Virus record (IMG/VR): IMGVR_UViG_3300010389_000023
Coordinates: 1 to 52,592 of that record
Source: a virus
Lineage: Duplodnaviria > Caudoviricetes
DNA: 52,592 bases
Strand: one strand, 5' to 3'
The stretch's first letter is position 1, and each line of letters starts with the position of its first letter. The notes beneath the pieces were generated by a model that was not told the origin of the DNA, made no database searches, and saw only the letters and a list, made by a program, of their open reading frames with translations. The position numbers were made by a program, and so were the translations under genes. Positions 48,009 to 52,592 of this stretch are shown one piece after another.

Positions 48009-48154
48009 TACTTTCCTTGTCCGCGATAACGCTTTTTAGCATTGTTACGAGAAGTGGCAGCATATAGAGTATGCTTTGAATTCCCTTGGCGAGTCTTCTT
48101 CGGTTTCGACTCAATAATCTTCTTGCCGCTCAGACCAACTTTTGCTCGTGCCAT
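48008..48154 (-). CDS. 48-aa highly basic micro-protein
   Basis: Below the ORF-track cutoff; MARAKVGLSGKKIIESKPKKTRQGNSKHTLYAATSRNNAKKRYRGQGK; stop overlaps the next ATG (TAATG). Confidence 0.85.
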   Translation of the reverse strand: MARAKVGLSGKKIIESKPKKTRQGNSKHTLYAATSRNNAKKRYRGQGK

Positions 48155-48178
48155 AGTGTTTTATCAATTGACTTCTAT

Positions 48179-48207
48179 ATTATACACCAATAAAGACATT
48201 ATGTGAA
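48179..48207 (-). promoter_or_regulatory. Sigma70-like promoter TTCACA-N17-TATAAT
   Basis: -35 at 48202-48207 and -10 at 48179-48184, overlapping the end of the PAAR gene. Confidence 0.55.
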
Positions 48208-48476
48208 CCCTCTGCAACAGTTCCACCAGGAAGCAATGTACCCCCAATCGGCATTGCTTGCTGACCATTGATCATAACTGTCGGACTTCCAACAGTATAA
48301 GTGTCAGGATGCACGTCTGTGCCGCATGTATGGGGCGCTGTGACGTTTGTAGCACAGTGGGCAGGCAGATTATTCACATAAACGTTTGGAGACGATGTAA
48401 CGCCAATTACAGGTGCATGGCATCCATGACCTGTTGTGATGTCCCCTAATCTTGACATTCCCCTAAGTGCTGGCAT
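48180..48476 (-). CDS. PAAR-domain spike tip protein (T4 gp5.4-like)
   Basis: SRLGD.TTGH, SPNVYVN, H.C...H, GSPTVMING, GSHNVFIG. Confidence 0.92.
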   Translation of the reverse strand: MPALRGMSRLGDITTGHGCHAPVIGVTSSPNVYVNNLPAHCATNVTAPHTCGTDVHPDTYTVGSPTVMINGQQAMPIGGTLLPGGTVAEGSHNVFIGV

Positions 48477-48477
48477 C

Positions 48478-49377
48478 TTACTTTGGATCGGGTATAATTC
48501 CTGTTGCCTTATTTAGATAGTACGCTAATCTCTTCTGTACAGGATCCCAATTGTTATTCACAACCATTGATCCATAGAATCTTGTAATATATGGTGGACA
48601 TGTATGAGTTACTGTCAACACATAATGATACGTCATTTTGACAATTTCTGATGGTTTCATCTTGACCCATGCAGAAACATCTGCTGTGAGACTCTCTATA
48701 AGGGCATTACCGCTCGTTACGACTGCTTCTTGATCATCGTTAGCAATAGAGTTTAGAAGTACGTTCTTGCCGCTTCTAGGGAAGAGTTGTGAAGTAATCC
48801 TCCCAGTATCTTGTTTTGCTAAAAGTTCTGTAAGTTCATTAAGCGGTATAGTCTTATTACCATTGATAAGATCAACATACGTCAACTTATCAAACCTGCT
48901 CGGCGTCTGGGTCTCATAATATGTTGCAAAAATATACTCCTGATCATAAAAATATTTCTCGGAGTAATACCCCTTAAGAGGTGCTACAAGTGTACCCACA
49001 GGAACTCCTGGCGGAGGGAATGTGATACTTCCATACTCCATCTGAGGTTCGTTGAATAATGGTAAACTAAACTCAGAAAGGTCTGTAACACCCACAGGCC
49101 CCTCTAGGATGGAACACCCCTTGCCTGCCGCAAAACTTTGTCCAGGTGACAGAGAGATGCCTGTGATGAGGTTTGGAGTGCCAGGGGGGATTGGTGGGCA
49201 GACTCCTGCAGCAACTACTTCAATGGACAATGTAGGATTGATTGTCTCATAAAGTACAGGGTCAAATCCACTACGTACTGCTGCAGAATACAGAGGTTTT
49301 GTTGCTGTAGGTTTCAGAGTGAACGTAGTGCCACTGACAAGCACCTCTTCATTTGGTGTGATTGTTATTGTCGTCAT
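48478..49377 (-). CDS. Baseplate-hub-associated protein, possibly T4 gp5.1-like
   Basis: Position before PAAR; C-terminal V.NNW....RL..Y resembles the gp5.1 end as I recall it. Confidence 0.55.
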   Translation of the reverse strand: MTTITITPNEEVLVSGTTFTLKPTATKPLYSAAVRSGFDPVLYETINPTLSIEVVAAGVCPPIPPGTPNLITGISLSPGQSFAAGKGCSILEGPVGVTDLSEFSLPLFNEPQMEYGSITFPPPGVPVGTLVAPLKGYYSEKYFYDQEYIFATYYETQTPSRFDKLTYVDLINGNKTIPLNELTELLAKQDTGRITSQLFPRSGKNVLLNSIANDDQEAVVTSGNALIESLTADVSAWVKMKPSEIVKMTYHYVLTVTHTCPPYITRFYGSMVVNNNWDPVQKRLAYYLNKATGIIPDPK

Positions 49378-49604
49378 TGTGTCTGCAAGACTCTAAATAT
49401 ATCACTTTTGATCTCTTTGACGTTATTGTGCAAATAATCTAACGTCTCTGAAAGGGTCTCGTAATCAGTTCCCGAGGGGCGGCGGTACATCAACGTGGGA
49501 CGCTCCAATTGCGATATCCGTTGGTCCAGGCTCTGCAATCTCTCGGACAGCACTAGGAGTGCTTTCTCCAGACTCTGCTGCTGCTTTTGTAACTCTTCCA
49601 TCAT
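49374..49604 (-). CDS. Hypothetical coiled-coil protein
   Basis: GAGAGGAG Shine-Dalgarno at 49611-49618; ATGA coupling to the next gene. Confidence 0.8.
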   Translation of the reverse strand: MMEELQKQQQSLEKALLVLSERLQSLDQRISQLERPTLMYRRPSGTDYETLSETLDYLHNNVKEIKSDIFRVLQTQ

Positions 49605-49710
49605 TTTGGTCTCCTCTCATAAATGCCTCAGCGGCGCGACTTTCGAACTCATCACAAAATCCATCAAAGTTATTCAGAATTGCTTCGAAGTTCTCAAAAG
49701 GGTTTTTCAT
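49465..49710 (-). CDS. Hypothetical protein, first gene of the late operon
   Basis: 81-aa ORF behind a late promoter; its 3' 140 nt overlap the next gene. Confidence 0.65.
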   Translation of the reverse strand: MKNPFENFEAILNNFDGFCDEFESRAAEAFMRGDQNDGRVTKAAAESGESTPSAVREIAEPGPTDIAIGASHVDVPPPLGN

Positions 49711-49770
49711 GATTTTTTTGCTGGGAAAATTTTTTAGAATTCAAGGTTTTAAAAAAACCATTTTCAAAAA

Positions 49771-49778
49771 TATTTATC
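49771..49778 (-). promoter_or_regulatory. Late promoter (GATAAATA) at the head of the baseplate operon
   Basis: 7/8 match at the boundary between GC-rich and AT-rich DNA. Confidence 0.6.
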
Positions 49779-49841
49779 GGTCGTTGGGATACTTTTGTAG
49801 GTTAGGGAAGTAGGGCATTTTCGCTTGGCGACCCTAAGTAT

Positions 49842-49869
49842 AACAAAGGGGGCATAATTAACTGCCCCC
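49842..49869 (-). terminator. Terminator closing the early gene array
   Basis: GGGGGCA-N8-TGCCCCC hairpin followed by TTTGTT on the minus strand. Confidence 0.7.
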
Positions 49870-49879
49870 AGGTATACTG

Positions 49880-50050
49880 TCAGACTGCTGCTAGTTTCTT
49901 ACTTAGTAGCACCGCTGTGTGTTGCTTAGGGCGATACGGCAATGTGATGATCTTGCCTGAAGGATGTGCCCATAGTTGATGCTTTGCTCCGTTGCGTTGT
50001 TTAATCCAACCGTTGATCTTAGCGATCTTCTGTAGTTGCTTGTCTGTCAT
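49880..50050 (-). CDS. hicA: HicA-like (dsRBD-fold mRNA interferase) protein, 56 aa
   Basis: Not in ORF track; MTDKQLQKIAKINGWIKQRNGAKHQLWAHPSGKIITLPYRPKQHTAVLLSKKLAAV matches the HicA pattern of helix, GW...R.G..H....HP.G...T.P, helix. Confidence 0.75.
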   Translation of the reverse strand: MTDKQLQKIAKINGWIKQRNGAKHQLWAHPSGKIITLPYRPKQHTAVLLSKKLAAV

Positions 50051-50067
50051 CAGTTAGTGTAGAGAAA

Positions 50068-50256
50068 TCAACCGAATGTGGGCAGGGCGTTGATCGCTTC
50101 CTCTTGATAGCGGTCAGCATAGCACCCTGCCCACCACCAACCCTCAGCGGGGTTGATCATGCCAGCGAAGCGGGTCTGGGGTGCGGTCTCTGTCTTGCGA
50201 GCGACCCACATGGTCTCGCGGGTCTTGAGGTCGCTGCACTGTGAATAGATTGCCAT
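50068..50256 (-). CDS. Small early hypothetical protein
   Basis: 62 aa; own -10 TATACT at 50284-50289. Confidence 0.75.
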   Translation of the reverse strand: MAIYSQCSDLKTRETMWVARKTETAPQTRFAGMINPAEGWWWAGCYADRYQEEAINALPTFG

Positions 50257-50328
50257 GCTGTGTGGGGTGTGTTGTCTTGAGGTAGTATAGAGGCAAGGGG
50301 GGCAGCAGAGACCCCCCTAGTGTGCGGT

Positions 50329-50598
50329 TCAGAGATCGACCATCATCTCATTCATCTCGTCTGCATCGATGGCGCACGAATCCCAACGCACCCCATCCTT
50401 AGTCTGCACGAGGTGGCGACCGATCTCCCCATCGGTCATGCAGCGCACGAACTTCTCCCAAGGGGTCTCATCGTCGCCACAGTACTCCACACACGCCTTA
50501 GCGGTGTTGTAAAGGAATTGATCGTTGCCAATCCAGAGGGCAGCGTTCCAGGTCTCGTAAGTTGCCCAACCGTTGTAGGTGCTGAGGGTGCTGGTCAT
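50329..50598 (-). CDS. Small early hypothetical protein (YNGW.xYETW family)
   Basis: YNGWATYETWNAALWI.ND..LY motif common in small phage proteins; -10 TAGAAT at 50626-50631. Confidence 0.85.
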   Translation of the reverse strand: MTSTLSTYNGWATYETWNAALWIGNDQFLYNTAKACVEYCGDDETPWEKFVRCMTDGEIGRHLVQTKDGVRWDSCAIDADEMNEMMVDL

Positions 50599-50636
50599 GT
50601 CGTTGTGTTTGTTTGGTATGTGAAAATTCTACAGGG

Positions 50637-50807
50637 TCAGGCGGCAGCAGCAGCGCCCTGGTGGACAGTAGTCAGATTGACCTCTGCCCAGTCGTATTCA
50701 TCACGCAGGCGGGCAGCGGTTGCCTCTGCTGCATCCTTATCCATCCACAGGGAGCAATGGTCGTCGGACTCGTAGAAATCGCCAGCGGTGACAACGTAGA
50801 TTTGCAT
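50637..50807 (-). CDS. Small early hypothetical protein, 56 aa
   Basis: Hand translation MQIYVVTAGDFYESDDHCSLWMDKDAAEATAARLRDEYDWAEVNLTTVHQGAAAAA; -10 TAGGAT at 50831-50836. Confidence 0.7.
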   Translation of the reverse strand: MQIYVVTAGDFYESDDHCSLWMDKDAAEATAARLRDEYDWAEVNLTTVHQGAAAAA

Positions 50808-50849
50808 CGGTTCGTTTGTGTGTTGAGAGTATCCTAGACGGTCTGCCGC

Positions 50850-51020
50850 TCAATCGCGGTCGCTGATGTTCCAGTTGGTGGATTGGACCTCAGGGGCAGG
50901 GAAGGGGAAAGGGCGACCCTCACGATGGGCGGCAACGTTGGCGGCAGACTGTGCCATCATGGCGCTGTAGGTCTTGGTATAGTCTGCCATGATGGCGGCG
51001 AGGTCGATTTGTTTTTTCAT
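50850..51020 (-). CDS. Small early hypothetical protein, 56 aa
   Basis: Start re-assigned to MKKQIDL because TTGATT-N17-CATACT (51050-51055, 51027-51032) lies immediately upstream; likely leaderless or nearly so. Confidence 0.7.
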   Translation of the reverse strand: MKKQIDLAAIMADYTKTYSAMMAQSAANVAAHREGRPFPFPAPEVQSTNWNISDRD

Positions 51021-51070
51021 GAGACTAGTATGGCAGGGATGGGGGCAGAAATCAAGCGATAGTGGACAGT

Positions 51071-51259
51071 TCAGAGATTGCCCCACAAGGCATTGGCGAT
51101 GATGTCGCCAGCACCTGCCAGATCATCACGCACGATCAACCGCAGCATCTCTGCACCCTCGGTAGACTGGTGAAGCATCCGAACGTGCCCATCAGCAGCG
51201 TTAGGGCAGTTGCTGTGAACAATGGCAATAGCAAGGGCAGTTGCTTCGGTCTTAGTCAT
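51071..51259 (-). CDS. Small early hypothetical protein, 62 aa
   Basis: Start re-assigned to MTKTEATAL; -10 TATAAT at 51284-51289. Confidence 0.7.
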   Translation of the reverse strand: MTKTEATALAIAIVHSNCPNAADGHVRMLHQSTEGAEMLRLIVRDDLAGAGDIIANALWGNL

Positions 51260-51408
51260 TGGTGGTTTCGTTTGACTGAAGTCATTATAAGCACGCCCAG
51301 GGCACGCTTGGTGAGATTGTAGACCAGTTTGAGCACTGTCACATCGCTGCCCATGGCAGGCAGCGAAGGCATAGAATAGTGAGACAAGTTGCCGCGGCCA
51401 ATGAGTAC

Positions 51409-51433
51409 AAAAAAAGGGGCAATTGATGCCCCT
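51409..51433 (-). terminator. Rho-independent terminator
   Basis: AGGGGC-N7-GCCCCT stem followed by a T run on the minus strand. Confidence 0.8.
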
Positions 51434-51442
51434 ATGTGTCAC

Positions 51443-51805
51443 TCAGGACAGCAGCAGAGAGTAGGGCAGATCACCAAGTTTCATACCATTGCGAAACTCA
51501 GTCACGAAGAACTCAGTGCCATTGTAGAGACGAATGAACCACTGATAGTTCTTCTGGAATACACCCTCGCCTGCAATACCATGCTCACCGAGAATAGCAT
51601 TGATGCGAGATTTGGTAGTGTTGGATTGCCAACCACCATCAAACAGACGCACATAGTTCTCACCTACGTCTGCAATGTGGTTGCCGTGCAGATACACTTT
51701 AGACTCACCAGTTTCAGGGTCAAACTCTACACGAGTGTTTGCTTTAGACCAGTTGAGGTTGTTGCTGATGGCAGCATTCATCTCACGTTCGATCTTGCGG
51801 GTCAT
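51443..51805 (-). CDS. Early hypothetical protein, 120 aa
   Basis: MTRKIEREMNAAI....NW...NT.V...VYLHGNHIA...GGW...TTKSRINA motif; TTGCAA-N17-CATACT promoter (51855-51860, 51832-51837). Confidence 0.85.
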   Translation of the reverse strand: MTRKIEREMNAAISNNLNWSKANTRVEFDPETGESKVYLHGNHIADVGENYVRLFDGGWQSNTTKSRINAILGEHGIAGEGVFQKNYQWFIRLYNGTEFFVTEFRNGMKLGDLPYSLLLS

Positions 51806-51886
51806 GTGAAGCGGTTTGTTGAACTGTGGTTAGTATGGACGAGAATGGGGGCAATTGCAACCCCCTATGTGACACTTCCTAGACTG

Positions 51887-52060
51887 TCACCCCAGGAAGG
51901 TGGCAGGGTTGCCGTAGTCTGCAATATGGTGCCCGTTGAGACGGATCTCAGCGTAACCAAACTCCTCAGCGAGGGACAGGCACAGATCGTAGGCGCGTCC
52001 CTCATCACAGACGGACTCGGACTCGTAAGGGGCAGAGGGGACTAGGACTTCGTAACGCAT
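51887..52060 (-). CDS. Small early hypothetical protein, 57 aa
   Basis: Hand translation MRYEVLVPSAPYESESVCDEGRAYDLCLSLAEEFGYAEIRLNGHHIADYGNPATFLG; -10 TATAAT at 52082-52087. Confidence 0.75.
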   Translation of the reverse strand: MRYEVLVPSAPYESESVCDEGRAYDLCLSLAEEFGYAEIRLNGHHIADYGNPATFLG

Positions 52061-52163
52061 GTGTTTGTTTGAACTTCAGTCATTATAAGCACGGGGTCGG
52101 ACGCTTTGGGGTCAATGGTGGACACTGTGCCAACCGTCCACTCGCGGCCGAAAGTTTGTATAC

Positions 52164-52418
52164 CTAACTCTGTGTGGTGTAATCTATATCAAACTCGATC
52201 GAACGTTCGGGCATATCGATGTCATCCAGGATGATACGATAATCAATCGATTTGATACACCAACCAGACGCACATGTGAGTTCTTCGATTAGATCATCAG
52301 CATCATCTGCCTCCCAAATAGTGCCAATGTATTCGCTGTTAAGTTCATCCTTATCATAGGCGGTCATCTCATCATCGCCCTCAGTATCAAACTCGATGTA
52401 GGTAACTTGGAATTGCAT
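52164..52418 (-). CDS. Small acidic hypothetical protein
   Basis: MQFQVTYIEFD...WEADD.DDLIEELTC.SGWCIKSIDY. Confidence 0.8.
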   Translation of the reverse strand: MQFQVTYIEFDTEGDDEMTAYDKDELNSEYIGTIWEADDADDLIEELTCASGWCIKSIDYRIILDDIDMPERSIEFDIDYTTQS

Positions 52419-52437
52419 GAGTTTGTGTTAGTTAGTG

Positions 52438-52592
52438 TCAGACAGTGGCGGGAGAAAGACTAACCTCAACCCTCTTGAGATTGAGACCAGCGAGTTGATC
52501 TAAAACACGATTGTGGATGCGATCACATGCATTTTTGAGGCGAGACTTCTCATACCAAATAGTTACACAACCATCGTTAGTCTCAACCTGAA
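52438..52592 (-). CDS. Hypothetical protein, 5' end outside the window
   Basis: Open frame ...QVETNDGCVTIWYEKSRLKNACDRIHNRVLDQLAGLNLKRVEVSLSPATV-stop. Confidence 0.65.
   Translation of the reverse strand, partial: QVETNDGCVTIWYEKSRLKNACDRIHNRVLDQLAGLNLKRVEVSLSPATV

Larger units (their letters stand above)
50284..52141 (-). promoter_or_regulatory. Seven early promoters, each a -10 box plus a CAGT-N6-ACTG-type dyad at fixed spacing
   Basis: Dyad cores start at 50325, 50666, 50872, 51067, 51325, 51873 and 52123; each starts 35-36 positions from the upstream edge of a TAnnnT/CATACT hexamer. Confidence 0.8.

Noticed and set aside
51260-51442. N-terminal extensions in the ORF-track calls 51071-51442 and 50850-51086
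   Set aside because: They run through promoter, dyad and terminator elements; the downstream ATGs at 51259 and 51020 fit the cassette pattern.
51867-51890. Dyad as a CRP or NtcA site
   Set aside because: TGTGA...TCAC half-sites are separated by 14 nt rather than 6, and there is no GTA-N8-TAC.
51389-52045. 218-aa plus-strand ORF (and 50320-50775)
   Set aside because: Spans several minus-strand genes, promoters and terminators; stop-free by chance in GC-rich DNA.
50284-52141. Early array as an integron cassette array
   Set aside because: No integrase and no attC-like RYYYAAC...GTTRRRY long hairpins; each gene has its own promoter.
1-52592. tRNA, rRNA, group I intron, intein or homing endonuclease
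   Set aside because: No cloverleaf, interrupted core gene, intein termini or GIY-YIG/HNH nuclease motifs seen by eye (SHNH is a fibre His box); tRNAscan/Infernal were not run.

Overview
A continuous segment of a T4-like marine cyanomyovirus genome (Kyanoviridae-like, judged from gene content and order), with every credible gene on the minus strand. Reading in transcription order (right to left): (i) a GC-rich (about 55% by eye, versus about 35% elsewhere) array of about 10 tiny early-type ORFs at 49.8-52.6 kb, including an orphan HicA-like gene. Seven of these ORFs have a sigma70-like -10 box with the same dyad motif at a fixed distance. (ii) The late baseplate operon: gp5.1-like, PAAR/gp5.4, a three-gene non-structural insert (basic micro-protein, PRTase-like protein, 2OG-Fe(II) oxygenase), gp25, gp6, giant gp7, gp8 and VrlC/DUF4815. 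(iii) A fibre/adhesin island of about 22 kb with a 3755-aa constant/variable cassette tail fibre ending in an S74 autocleaving chaperone, followed by a Gly-rich adhesin with a nested, apparently circularly permuted insert. (iv) Neck and tail-completion genes gp13, gp14, gp15 and the start of terminase small subunit gp16. T4-type late promoters (TATAAATA-like) and intrinsic terminators punctuate the late region. I saw no tRNA, rRNA, CRISPR array, integrase, invertase or reverse transcriptase. All product calls come from motif recognition and synteny; no database searches were run.
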